Of a stretch of 64,000 nt of DNA, positions 19,101 to 28,882 are shown one piece after another. The number at the start of each line of letters is the position of its first letter. Position 1 is the stretch's first letter. The notes below the pieces were generated by a model that had not been told where the DNA came from, ran no database searches, and saw nothing but the letters and a program-made list of their open reading frames with translations. Source of the DNA: Thermoplasmata archaeon (GTDB lineage Archaea; Thermoplasmatota; E2; JACPAO01; JAHFTW01); contig JAXDQS010000001.1 in the NCBI GenBank assembly GCA_034667725.1, forward strand, positions 192,001 through 256,000, in the 5' to 3' direction. The position numbers were made by a program, and so were the translations under genes.

Positions 19101-20876
19101 GTCGAGCAGGACGACTCCCGCCCCGTCATCGTGGGCATCGAAGGCTACGTCGGCGAGCGTGTCCTGACCCTCCACTTCAGCGAGCCCGTGGACGACGGCG
19201 CCCAAGGCAAGCTGGTGTCGGAGGACTTCTTCTACCACAACAACGACGCGACCACGAACCCCGGCGGTGTTGCCGGCAAGGCGGTGTCCAACCCGGAGAC
19301 GGGACAGGCGGTCAACGTCATCCACGTCCCCGACGTCGACTGCACCGGCAACCTCGAAGAGGACGCCGACGGCTGCAACGAGAAGGCCATCATCCCGCTC
19401 GACCGCGCCCTCACCAACTCCGACCTGACCACCGACCGCATCAACGCGGAGAAGGACACCATCTACGAGAAGGCCCCCACCGTGGTGCCGGTGCAGCGCA
19501 AGGCGGTGCCGAACTTCCAGCAGAAGCTGTCGGTCGGCGCCGACGTGACGCCCCCGGCCAAGGTCACGGACCTGCGCGTGCAGACCGACGCCGTGCTCGC
19601 CAACTCGGTGCTGCTGGCCTGGACCGCGCCCGCGGACGACAGCCTGGCCGGCGGCGCCGTGACGAGCTACGTCTTCAAGGTGTCCACCAGCGCCATCGAC
19701 CCCGCCGGCTTCGACGCCTTGGTCAACCCGAACGGCATCACGCCCGAGTTCGAGCCCGCCGCCATGGCGGCGGTCAACCAGACGCAGACCCTGCGCCTCG
19801 TCGGCTTGAACCCGACCACCCAGTACCACTTCGCCATCCGCGCCGTGGACGAGGCGGGCAACGCCGGCGGCGTCTCCAACGCCGTCACGGCGCTCACCTC
19901 GCGCGACGCCACGGCGCCCGTCGGCACCCTCACGGTCTCGAGCACCAGCCACAAGGCCGGCGAGACGGCCCCCAAGGTGCAGGGCATCTTCTCGTGGAAC
20001 AAGCTGGAGGACCCCGAGTCCACCGTCGTGTACCGCTACGCCCTGACCGGCAGCCCCGCCTACCAGGTGCTGGCCGCCGACAAGTCCGTGACCGGCACCA
20101 GCGTCACCGTCGACATCCCCTCCGAAGGCGACTGGACGTTCCACGTCGCGGCCTTCAGCGGCGGCGGCTCGACCCCGACGGCGCACTTCTCGTTCGGCCG
20201 CGGCTCCCCCGTGCTGGCGGCGGACGCCATCGCCGCCGCCAACGACCGCCTCAAGGACAACGTCGAGATCGTCCGCAAGCCCGTCGAGATCCAGGACGGC
20301 GTCGAGGTCGACCTCAACACCATCACCTGGACCCTGCCGCCCGAGTCGGACCTGCCCGGCACCCTCGAGGCCATCGAGATCTGGCGCCTCGACGCCGGCA
20401 TCCCGACCCTGGTCACGACCCAGCCCGGCAGCTACAGCGAGCTCAAGAGCGGCAACTTCACGGACGTCACCCAAGGCGCGGACGAGAACTCGCTCTACCG
20501 CGTCAACATGGTGTTCGCGCAGGACCAGCGCCAAGCCGACCCAAGCGTCTCCGGCCAGTTCAAGGCCCTCCAGAACCAGACGCCCGGCGAAATCCCCGCC
20601 TGGGTCTACGTCCTGGCAGGCATCGCGCTGGCGTTGATCATCGCGGGCATCATCATCTACTTCGTGCTGCGCGGCCGCCAGAAGGCCGCCGCGGCCGGAG
20701 GGGTGGCGTACTCGTGGGAGTCGGCCGACCCGGAGGCCCTCGGCATCGACGAGGCCACCGGCCTGCCGGTCCACGAGGTCAAGTGCCCGTCGTGCAACAA
20801 CCCGTTCCAGGCGGTGGGCGTCCTGCCCCTGCCGGTGACGTGCCCGACGTGCCAGACGACGGGCATGCTGGAGTAA
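16113..20876 (+). CDS. Giant cell-surface protein paralogue 3: Ig-like repeats, FN3, TM, cytoplasmic zinc ribbon
   Basis: Signal peptide MVNRKSASLPYVLAFLMVFSISQAIVPEAEA. Motifs DIDHNGHID, DTDHNGWLD, GDGRID. FN3-like LAWTAPADD. TM WVYVLAGIALALIIAGIIIYFVL-RGR, then CPSC-x15-CPTC. Confidence 0.9.
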   Translation: MVNRKSASLPYVLAFLMVFSISQAIVPEAEAGVAPAGLMSVSVEPSFTTNVIMVKQGISAERLVRVSQGDPLNPMTTIEFVWFMRDDTSTPACRGPPRDLCATAVKFDWIKETSYAMRPGWKVEAATSTAAKILRFVSDGTQELRSGTPQDFNVAFSQRGAAQDDEYHIQVRGYCGAECQPGVAFETTCASTRAPEFTCIHTNPPFTGAAPIPAADCNAPCGQLPSLVLRIDSVPPDPPAVIMQDIDHNGHIDRFVADFPKKLDAKSFDARLFTLTARGRLFGSSLTDAGYTIQNAYFVNPDNPVRVVFLVNEMPYYDTGDQVNLRYAGTSLRDEAGNPLRGINVQATDRAPPVIVAAYGLQGYDGVHVTFSEPVVGTGNAQDPATGVGLQDLLFFDDGGSAPDSKVGCPAASPCVLSIADSRFGAITHQPGPRTGHQATIKTSINPVTSTPYTFGPNDVHPLKGDMLGVASSGAACAPGEDPPCDSKIKDAAGLKMWHPLTAPASVRHITRPLLVRAEVDIGSDALKLWFNGPVRAAKEPGVTTPQPISVSNMDIVTAAGTGVGPQGLIGDYFRAVDQDFIVVKLDAKARPTDVDATPTSIRPHCKKIVGSGLPETNDQAFLPCDNPDLFYEQEARVKGTGTLDAKGRDHDLPSPGAAFVDDTPPRIVQVRTVDTDHNGWLDGLELTMSEPVDDVTFCSNANTAPNFCPDSWTPVGGISQVGLVMMQNLRATDDRSQECLGLYRWETGLVVNDNVGIIKAINVERSPTGEYIVTSRDCVERYFNQDTGIRMDTGHLPTFTTTARGLFADLSVPENRMPQYCQLQRLTHFHHPDAATTKDCGLLASTKAQYTAPVSDGAPPVVMAARTVDTPAVNKDGIPDKPAVNLWGDGRIDGYRLTMSESVKDSTFDRRDWLVQRLGAAQAPIHEVNGFRSYDLNETLGALRSNDRELTVLFNPDTVPDTDARPELTYRRDPDSKGLADIVGNVMVDFDEFAVVEQDDSRPVIVGIEGYVGERVLTLHFSEPVDDGAQGKLVSEDFFYHNNDATTNPGGVAGKAVSNPETGQAVNVIHVPDVDCTGNLEEDADGCNEKAIIPLDRALTNSDLTTDRINAEKDTIYEKAPTVVPVQRKAVPNFQQKLSVGADVTPPAKVTDLRVQTDAVLANSVLLAWTAPADDSLAGGAVTSYVFKVSTSAIDPAGFDALVNPNGITPEFEPAAMAAVNQTQTLRLVGLNPTTQYHFAIRAVDEAGNAGGVSNAVTALTSRDATAPVGTLTVSSTSHKAGETAPKVQGIFSWNKLEDPESTVVYRYALTGSPAYQVLAADKSVTGTSVTVDIPSEGDWTFHVAAFSGGGSTPTAHFSFGRGSPVLAADAIAAANDRLKDNVEIVRKPVEIQDGVEVDLNTITWTLPPESDLPGTLEAIEIWRLDAGIPTLVTTQPGSYSELKSGNFTDVTQGADENSLYRVNMVFAQDQRQADPSVSGQFKALQNQTPGEIPAWVYVLAGIALALIIAGIIIYFVLRGRQKAAAAGGVAYSWESADPEALGIDEATGLPVHEVKCPSCNNPFQAVGVLPLPVTCPTCQTTGMLE

Positions 20877-20877
20877 C

Positions 20878-21040
20878 GCGGACAACCGCCTGGGGCGTTT
20901 GTCCGCCCTCCAGCGGGGGCTTTGCCCCCGCACCCCCACGGCAAGGGGGCCGCGCCCTCGGCCCGTGCGCTCGCTGGCGCTCGCGCAGGCGGGCGCCCTC
21001 GGTCCTGCGCGCTCACGCGCGCGGCGGCCCCCGGCCCGGC
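20878..21040 (-). repeat. Structured intergenic repeat, copy 3 (inverted)
   Basis: The reverse complement of 20914-21040 is nearly identical to 10989-11115. An analogous terminal hairpin GCGGACAA..TTGTCCGC sits at 20878-20906. Confidence 0.9.
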
Positions 21041-21075
21041 GTGTCGGCTAAATGCGTGAAACCTGTGGAGTCCCT

Positions 21076-21975
21076 GTGCGCCTGCTGTTCCTGACGCGGG
21101 AGGTGCGCCTCTACTCGGTGCGCCGCTTCCAGCAGGCGTGCCGGACGCAGGGGCACGCCTTCGAGCACCTGGACGTGCTCGGCTGCAACCTGGTGCTGCA
21201 CCCCAGCGCCCCGCAGCTCTGGTCGGGCGGGAACCCGGTGCAGCGCCGCGAGGTGGACGCCGTGGTGCCCCGCATCGGCACCTCCGTGACCGACGAGGGC
21301 TGCGCCGTGGTCGCGCAGTTCGAGGCGATGGGCGTCCCGGTCGTCAACGGCAGCGAGGCCATCCAGCGCGCCCGCGACAAGCTGCGCTCCCTCCAGCTCC
21401 TGGCCGGCGCCCACATCCCGATCCCGCGCACGGCGGTCATCCGGGTCACCGACGACCTCGACGAGGCCATCGACCAGGTGGGCGGGATTCCGTGCGTCCT
21501 CAAGCTCCTCAAGGGCACGCAAGGCATCGGGGTCATGCTGGCCGAGTCGCGGGAGGGATTGGAGGCGATGCTGCAGGCGTTCTGGAGCCTCGGCCACACC
21601 GTCCTCTTGCAGGAGTTCATCCATGAGTCGAAGGGCAAGGACGTGCGCGCGTTCGTTGTCGGCGACCGGGTGGTGGGCGCGATGCGGCGCGAGGCCCAGG
21701 TCGGCGAGTTCCGCTCCAACATCCACCGCGGCGGCGTCGGGCGGCCGCTCGTGCTGACCCCCGAGGACGAGGCCAAGGTGCTGCGCGCATCCCGCCTGCT
21801 CGGCCTCGACGTCGCGGGCGTCGACTACCTGGAGTCGGACGACGGGCCGAAGGTCATCGAGGTCAACGCCAGCCCCGGCTTCCAAGGCCTGGAGCAGGCG
21901 ACCGGGCTCGACATCGCGGGCGAGATCGTGCGCCACGCCGCCGAGCGCGGGCGGGCCGGCGCGAGGGGGACGTGA
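21076..21975 (+). CDS. rimK: RimK-family alpha-L-glutamate ligase (ATP-grasp)
   Basis: Motifs VVPRIG, ARDKLRSLQLL, GTQGIGV, LLQEFI, FRSNIHRGG, EVNASPG. GTG start preceded by GGAG. Confidence 0.88.
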   Translation: MRLLFLTREVRLYSVRRFQQACRTQGHAFEHLDVLGCNLVLHPSAPQLWSGGNPVQRREVDAVVPRIGTSVTDEGCAVVAQFEAMGVPVVNGSEAIQRARDKLRSLQLLAGAHIPIPRTAVIRVTDDLDEAIDQVGGIPCVLKLLKGTQGIGVMLAESREGLEAMLQAFWSLGHTVLLQEFIHESKGKDVRAFVVGDRVVGAMRREAQVGEFRSNIHRGGVGRPLVLTPEDEAKVLRASRLLGLDVAGVDYLESDDGPKVIEVNASPGFQGLEQATGLDIAGEIVRHAAERGRAGARGT

Positions 21976-23009
21976 TGGCCGCGGCCCTCAAGGACGGCCG
22001 GTTCGCGGGCCGCGTGGTGGCGCCGGGCGACGTCGCGCAGGTGGACCTCAAGGTGAGCGAGTCGGTCGCGCACCAGCCGATGCGGATCCCGGTGACGGTG
22101 GCGCGCGGCAAGAAGGACGGCCCGGTGCTCTACGTCACGAGCGCCATCCACGGCGACGAGATCAACGGCGTCGCCATCGTCCGCCGCCTCCTGGACGGCA
22201 TCGACGGCCTGCTGGTGGCCGGCACCCTGGTCGCGGTCCCCATCGTCAACCGCTTCGGCTTCGAGTCCGGCGAGCGCTACCTGCCCGACCGGCGCGACCT
22301 CAACCGCCACTTCCCCGGCGACCCCAAGGGCTCCATGGCGGCCCGCCTTGCCGACCAGGTGTTCCGCAAGATCGTCCGCGGCTGCGACTTCGGCGTCGAC
22401 CTGCACACCGCCGCCGACGGCAACACCAACCTCTGCCACATCCGCGGCGACGCCGACCGCCCCGAGCTCAAGGCGCTCATGAAGGCGTTCGGCATCCCCA
22501 TCATGGTGCACGGCGACGGGCCCCGCGGATCATTGCGCCGCGCCGCCACCGAGGCCGGCGTCCCGAGCCTGCTGTTCGAGGCCGGCGAGCCCGGCCGGTT
22601 CCAGCGCCGCGTCGTCGAGGTCGGCCACGCCGGCCTCGTGAGCCTGCTGCGCCACCTCGGCATGGCCGACGGCAAGCCCACCAAGCCGCCGCTGCAGATC
22701 CTGGTGCGCGAGGCCGAGTGGGTCCGCAGCGACCACGGCGGCATCCTCGACCTCGACGTCGAGCCCGGCGACATCGTCCGCAAGGGCGACCCTCTCGGCA
22801 CCATCCACGACCCGCTCGGCCGCCACGTCGACGCCGTGGACGCGCCCATCTCCGGCGTCGTGCTGGGCACCACCACCTCGCCGCTGGTGTTCCCCGGCCT
22901 CGCCATGGTGCACCTCGGCCAGCTCGAGAAGACCTTCGACCGCGCCCGCGCCTACGCCGACGCCGGCGGCGACCTCGGCCACGTCCACTTCCCCGGAGGC
23001 CGCCCGTGA
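21972..23009 (+). CDS. Succinylglutamate desuccinylase/aspartoacylase family (M14-like) hydrolase
   Basis: Motifs HGDEING, RDLNRHFPG, DLH, FEAG, plus a C-terminal biotinyl-like region. GTGA overlap with rimK. Confidence 0.88.
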   Translation: MMAAALKDGRFAGRVVAPGDVAQVDLKVSESVAHQPMRIPVTVARGKKDGPVLYVTSAIHGDEINGVAIVRRLLDGIDGLLVAGTLVAVPIVNRFGFESGERYLPDRRDLNRHFPGDPKGSMAARLADQVFRKIVRGCDFGVDLHTAADGNTNLCHIRGDADRPELKALMKAFGIPIMVHGDGPRGSLRRAATEAGVPSLLFEAGEPGRFQRRVVEVGHAGLVSLLRHLGMADGKPTKPPLQILVREAEWVRSDHGGILDLDVEPGDIVRKGDPLGTIHDPLGRHVDAVDAPISGVVLGTTTSPLVFPGLAMVHLGQLEKTFDRARAYADAGGDLGHVHFPGGRP

Positions 23010-24340
23010 GGCCGCGCAGCGCCGCCACCCTCCTGGCCCGCGGCTGGCTGCGCGACGCGCGCCGCTGGGCCTGGAGCGCCTCGCTGGTGCTCGCCGGCAC
23101 CCTCGGCCTGATGATCGGTGCCGCCGGCATCCTCGAAGGCACCGAGGCCGAGACGCTGGAGCGCGTCGCGGACTTCTACACGGGCGACCTGCGCATCACC
23201 CGCGACCGGCCCGGCGCGCTCCCGCCCGCGTGGTTCGACCTCAACAAGACCACCGGCCCCGACGGCGGCGGCGGGCTCGCGAAGGCGGGCCGCATCGTCT
23301 CCTACCGCGTCGAGGCGCAGTACGTCATGAGCCGGCGCGGCTTCCTGGAGGCCGCCCTGCTGGAGCGCGACCAGTTCATCGTCGAGGCGCCCGGCTCCGC
23401 CGGCAACGCCACCGAGGCCATCGCGCTCGGCTCGCTCGTCGGCCTCGACGCCGGCGACCCGGGCCGCGCGTTGCTGGAGCGCCACCTGGTCGCGGGCCGG
23501 ATGCCCCGCGAGTCCAGCAACGACACGCTGGAGGTCGTCATGTCGCTGCGCCGGCTGTCGCAGTTCTTGACCCCTGGCGAGTCGGCCGCCGCCGCCAACA
23601 TCGCCCCGATGACGGTCGCGGGCGCCCTCAACATCGAGGCCACCAGCGCCCAAGTCGACCTCGGCAACCGCTACCGCCTGCCGATTCGGCGTTCCGTCGA
23701 GGTCGTGGGGTTGTACGACACCAGCGTCGATGTGCTCGACGGCTACACCATGATCGCCGCCGCCCCGGACGTGCGCGCCATGGTCGCCCGCCCGCCGCAC
23801 GAGCGCAGCGCCAACGCCATCGCGGTCTGGGGCGAGACGGCGGGCCTCGCAACCCTCGGCAAGGAGCGCAACTGGGCCGTGCAAGGGCCCGAAGGCTTCG
23901 CCCAGAACTACGTCGGCGAGACCATGGCCATCCTGTCCGCCGTCGTGGTGTTCGTCGGCGCCGTGCTGTTCCTCATTCCCACCTTCCTCGTCAGCCACGG
24001 CCTTGCCCGCCAACTCGCCGCCCAGCAACGCGAGCTCGCCGTCTGCACCGCCATCGGCGTCCCCGCCCGCGTCCTCCGGAACGCCTTGGGCCTGGAGGTG
24101 CTGCGCATCGGCCTCGGCGGCCTGCTGATCGCCGCGGCCCTCGTGGCCCTCGGCGTCTGGCTCCTGCCCGGCGCCTTGGCGAACGTCCACGGCGCCCCGC
24201 TGCCGCTCGGCTTCGCGTTGAGCCTGACCGCCGTCGGCTCCGCCCTCCTGGTGACGCTGCTGTCGATGGCGATCGGCCTGTTCATCGGCGTGCGCAGCCG
24301 GCGCCGGCTCGGGTTGGCGGCGCAGCTGCGGGCGGTTTGA
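23006..24340 (+). CDS. FtsX/MacB-like ABC transporter permease
   Basis: N-terminal TM, large extracytoplasmic loop with GRMP and VVGLYDT, the [10 protein letters not shown] motif, and three C-terminal TMs. GTGA overlap with the upstream gene. Confidence 0.7.
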   Translation: MRPRSAATLLARGWLRDARRWAWSASLVLAGTLGLMIGAAGILEGTEAETLERVADFYTGDLRITRDRPGALPPAWFDLNKTTGPDGGGGLAKAGRIVSYRVEAQYVMSRRGFLEAALLERDQFIVEAPGSAGNATEAIALGSLVGLDAGDPGRALLERHLVAGRMPRESSNDTLEVVMSLRRLSQFLTPGESAAAANIAPMTVAGALNIEATSAQVDLGNRYRLPIRRSVEVVGLYDTSVDVLDGYTMIAAAPDVRAMVARPPHERSANAIAVWGETAGLATLGKERNWAVQGPEGFAQNYVGETMAILSAVVVFVGAVLFLIPTFLVSHGLARQLAAQQRELAVCTAIGVPARVLRNALGLEVLRIGLGGLLIAAALVALGVWLLPGALANVHGAPLPLGFALSLTAVGSALLVTLLSMAIGLFIGVRSRRRLGLAAQLRAV

Positions 24341-24383
24341 CCCCACAAGAAGCCTGAAAGGGGCGCGCCGGCGTCGGCCCGCC

Positions 24384-25526
24384 ATGCAAATGATGGCCAC
24401 CCCTGAGCACCAGCTCGTCCGCCAGACGATGCGCGAGTTCGCCGAGCGCGAGGTCGCCCCCATCGCGGCCCGCATGGACCAGGAGGACTGGTGGCCGGAC
24501 ACGCTGGTCCCGCGCATGGCCGAGCTGGGGCTTTTGGGCATGACCGTGAAGCAGGAGGACGGCGGCGCCGGGCTCGACACGGTCGCCTACAACATGGCCA
24601 TCGAGGAGATCGCCCGCGTCTCGGGCTCGCTTGCCCTCAGCCTTGCGGCCCACAACGGCCTGGGCATCAGCCACATCTACACCCAAGGCAACGCGGCGCA
24701 ACGGGAAACCTACGTCCGCCCGATGGCGCAGGGCAAGGTCATCGGCGCCTGGTGCCTCACCGAGCCGGGCGCGGGCTCGGACGCGGCGGGGCTCGCGACG
24801 ACGGCGGTGCGCGACGGCGATGGCTGGCGGCTCGATGGCCAGAAGCAGTTCATCACCAACGGCCACATCGCCGGCGTCTTCACCATCATGGCCAAGACCG
24901 ACCCGGCGAAGGGTCCGGCGGGCATCACGGCGTTCGTGGCCAAGGCCGGCGCCAAAGGCCTCCACCTCGGCAAGAAGGAGGACAAGCTCGGCATGCGCGG
25001 CAGCATCACGAGCCAACTCTACTTCGAGGACCTCCACGTCCCGGACGAGGGCGTCGTCGGCAAGGTCGGCGAGGGCTTCCTCGGCACCATGAAGACCTTG
25101 GACGCCGGCCGCATCGCCATCGGCAGCCTCGCCCTCGGCCTCGCCCAAGGCGCCTTCGACGCCAGCCTCGCCTACGCCCAAGAGCGCAAGCAGTTCGGCA
25201 AGCCCATCGCGCACAACCAGGCCATCCAGTGGAAGCTCGCCGACATGGCGACCCAGATCGACGCCGCCCGCCTGCTCTTGCACCGCGCCGCGACCCTCAA
25301 GGACGAGGGCAAGCCGTTCACCCGCGAAGCCAGCATGGGCAAGCTCTACGCCAGCGAGGTCGCCATGTGGGCCACCACGCAGGCCATCCAGGTCCACGGC
25401 GGCAACGGCTACACCCGCGACTACCCCGTCGAGCGCATGTTCCGCGACGCCAAGCTGTGCGAGATCGGCGAGGGCTCGTCCGAGGTTCAGCGGATGGTCA
25501 TCGCGAAGTCGCTCGGTTTGCGTTAG
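24384..25526 (+). CDS. Acyl-CoA dehydrogenase
   Basis: Motifs [53 protein letters not shown]. Confidence 0.95.
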   Translation: MQMMATPEHQLVRQTMREFAEREVAPIAARMDQEDWWPDTLVPRMAELGLLGMTVKQEDGGAGLDTVAYNMAIEEIARVSGSLALSLAAHNGLGISHIYTQGNAAQRETYVRPMAQGKVIGAWCLTEPGAGSDAAGLATTAVRDGDGWRLDGQKQFITNGHIAGVFTIMAKTDPAKGPAGITAFVAKAGAKGLHLGKKEDKLGMRGSITSQLYFEDLHVPDEGVVGKVGEGFLGTMKTLDAGRIAIGSLALGLAQGAFDASLAYAQERKQFGKPIAHNQAIQWKLADMATQIDAARLLLHRAATLKDEGKPFTREASMGKLYASEVAMWATTQAIQVHGGNGYTRDYPVERMFRDAKLCEIGEGSSEVQRMVIAKSLGLR

Positions 25527-27532
25527 CTGCTGCGCCGCCGGGCCATGCCGACCGCCACCGCCGCGACGACTGCGGCCACCGCGGCGCCCACGGACAGGCC
25601 CAGCACGATGGGGCCTGCCGCGGAGCCGCGCTGCCGTGCCAGGCTGGCCTCGTCGTTCGACAGGCCTTGGCGGGCGCGCCCGGAGGCGGCGATGGCGACA
25701 CAGGCGTCGCCGGTGCCGTCCTGGTCGACGTCGGCCTGGTCTGGGTTGCCGACGCCGGGGCAGTTGTCGGTGAAGACGTCCAAGGCGCTGGCCTCGGGGA
25801 CGCCGTCGCCGTCGCGGTCGGGGTCGCACAGGTCGCCCAGCCGGTCGGCGTCGAGGTCCTCCTGCCCGCGGTTGGCGGTCCCGGGGCAGTTGTCCGCGCC
25901 GTCGGCCACGCCGTCGCGGTCGCGGTCCAGGCCGGAGCCGGCGCGCGCGGTGCGGGTCGCGGCGTCGTCGCCGGGCGTGACGGGGTCGGGGTCGCAGACG
26001 TCGCCGACGGCGTCGTGGTCGGCGTCCGCCTGGTCGCCGTTGCTGTCGCTGGGGCAGTTGTCGGCGTCGTCCGCGACGCCGTCCAGGTCGAAGTCCTTGA
26101 CCTGCATCGGCACGGGCGCCGGCACGACCTTGACCTCGACCGTGGCCTCGTCGGTGCAGCCGCCGTCGCTGGCGGAGAACGTGATGGTGTAGACGCCGCT
26201 GTCGCCGGCCGCGGTGCGCCAGGTGAAGGTCCCGGCGTCGAGCAGGGCGTCCGCCGTGGTCGGCAGGTCGCTGACATAGGCGAACGTGATGGGGTCGTGC
26301 TCGTGGTCGGTGACGACGAGGTCGAAGCGGACCAGCGTGCCCTCGGGCACCTCGACGGTGGAGAGGTTCTGGAGGTTGGGGCAGCAGTTGGGGTCGCCGA
26401 CCGAGAAGACGGCCTTGGTGAGCGACGCGGTGGCGCCCTTGTCGTCGGTCACGGTGAGCTTGACGTCGTAGGTGCCCGCGGCGGTGTACTGGTGGACCGG
26501 GTGGCGCACGGTGCTGGCGGGGCTGCCGTCGTCGAAGTCCCACAGCCAGGAGACGACGCTGCCGTCGTCGGTGCTGGCGTCGGTGAAGTGGACGGTGGAG
26601 TCCTCGCAGGCGGTGCGCGCCTCGACCGTGAACCGGGGGACGGGCAGCGGGTTCGGCGGGGGCGGCGGTGGGGGAATGGTGCCGAGCGGCGAGAACAGGG
26701 TGTCGTGCGTGAAGGTCGCGGACACGCCGGGGGGCAGGACGAAGTCCCAGCTCAGGCCGGCGCCGTTGTCCACGAACGAGCCGCAGGCGCAGCTGTTCGG
26801 GAACATCAGGCCGGAGCCGATCTGGTTCCAGACGGTGCCGAAGGAGGTCTCGTAGTAGCGGCTGCCCGGCGTCTTGGGCACCCACATCTCGATGCGGCCG
26901 GGCGGGACGTTGTCCGGGTTCTCGGTGCAGCCGACGGCGGCGTAGTCGCCGGGCGGGTCGGCGTAGCCGTAGCCGTAGTCCGAGTCCTGGAGCTGGCAGT
27001 CGCCGGCGCGCCACAGGCGGTAGGAATGCGCCGCGGTGCCGTCGTTGGTGACGGTCACGAGGGTGGTGTAGTAGTCGTTGCCGACGACGTACTCGTCCGC
27101 CTGGCTGACGGTGGCGTCGCCTGCGGTCACGATGGTGGTGAGCTTGTACGGGCTGGCGGAGGTGCCGGCGCCGCTGACGGCCGACTGGCTGACGGCGATG
27201 AACGGCAGCGCGCCGGTGAACGCCCCGGTGGTGGCCGTGGGCGGGATGGCGCCGGCGTGGCGGGCGAAGTCGGGCGTGCTCAACACCCCGTCCTCCATGA
27301 GGAAGGTGCCGCAGTCGCCGGGCTCGGTGCCGGCCGGGAAGAACTCGAACAGGGCGTCGCCGACGCGCGTCACTTGGCACGCAAGGTCGGTGCCGATGGA
27401 GATTTGCGAGAGCGGGCCGGCCGACGTGATGGTGGTGTAGGGCACGGTCTGGGCGTCCGTCGACGGCAACGCCGCAAGCAGGAGCACGGCCCCGGCCCCC
27501 AGGAGCAGCCAGCGCGTGGCGGGAACGGCCAT
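25523..27532 (-). CDS. Secreted PKD-domain / TSP3-repeat protein with C-terminal membrane anchor
   Basis: Signal peptide. PKD motif [25 protein letters not shown]. Cadherin-like/Ig domain. DNCP..N.DQ.D.D.D..GD.CD repeats. Terminal TM plus RRR. Confidence 0.88.
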   Translation of the reverse strand: MAVPATRWLLLGAGAVLLLAALPSTDAQTVPYTTITSAGPLSQISIGTDLACQVTRVGDALFEFFPAGTEPGDCGTFLMEDGVLSTPDFARHAGAIPPTATTGAFTGALPFIAVSQSAVSGAGTSASPYKLTTIVTAGDATVSQADEYVVGNDYYTTLVTVTNDGTAAHSYRLWRAGDCQLQDSDYGYGYADPPGDYAAVGCTENPDNVPPGRIEMWVPKTPGSRYYETSFGTVWNQIGSGLMFPNSCACGSFVDNGAGLSWDFVLPPGVSATFTHDTLFSPLGTIPPPPPPPNPLPVPRFTVEARTACEDSTVHFTDASTDDGSVVSWLWDFDDGSPASTVRHPVHQYTAAGTYDVKLTVTDDKGATASLTKAVFSVGDPNCCPNLQNLSTVEVPEGTLVRFDLVVTDHEHDPITFAYVSDLPTTADALLDAGTFTWRTAAGDSGVYTITFSASDGGCTDEATVEVKVVPAPVPMQVKDFDLDGVADDADNCPSDSNGDQADADHDAVGDVCDPDPVTPGDDAATRTARAGSGLDRDRDGVADGADNCPGTANRGQEDLDADRLGDLCDPDRDGDGVPEASALDVFTDNCPGVGNPDQADVDQDGTGDACVAIAASGRARQGLSNDEASLARQRGSAAGPIVLGLSVGAAVAAVVAAVAVGMARRRSS

Positions 27533-27610
27533 CGGTGATGGAGCCCGGGGACTGGTTCAAAAGGCTTGGCAGGCCCAAACCGCTTTCTCGTCGCCCCCAG
27601 TCGCAGCCTT

Positions 27611-28798
<1,188 letters not shown>

Positions 28799-28882
28799 CG
28801 CTGGCGGGCAATCGGCGCCAGCGTCCGCCTTGGGCCAGGATTAGCCGAAAGCCTCACCTGTATTCCCTGGCCTCGTGGCCCG

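Noticed and set aside
7-20939. Very long antisense and alternate-frame ORFs (7-4248, 4378-11202, 11169-15914, 16095-20939, 5409-11219, 12608-21094)
   Set aside because: Shadow ORFs expected from extreme GC3 bias. The translations are Arg/Gly/Val low-complexity with no motifs and fully overlap better genes.
10989-21040. Intergenic repeats as a CRISPR array or complete IS
   Set aside because: Copies are about 5 kb apart, there is no repeat-spacer periodicity, no cas or transposase gene, and no clear terminal inverted repeats or target duplication.
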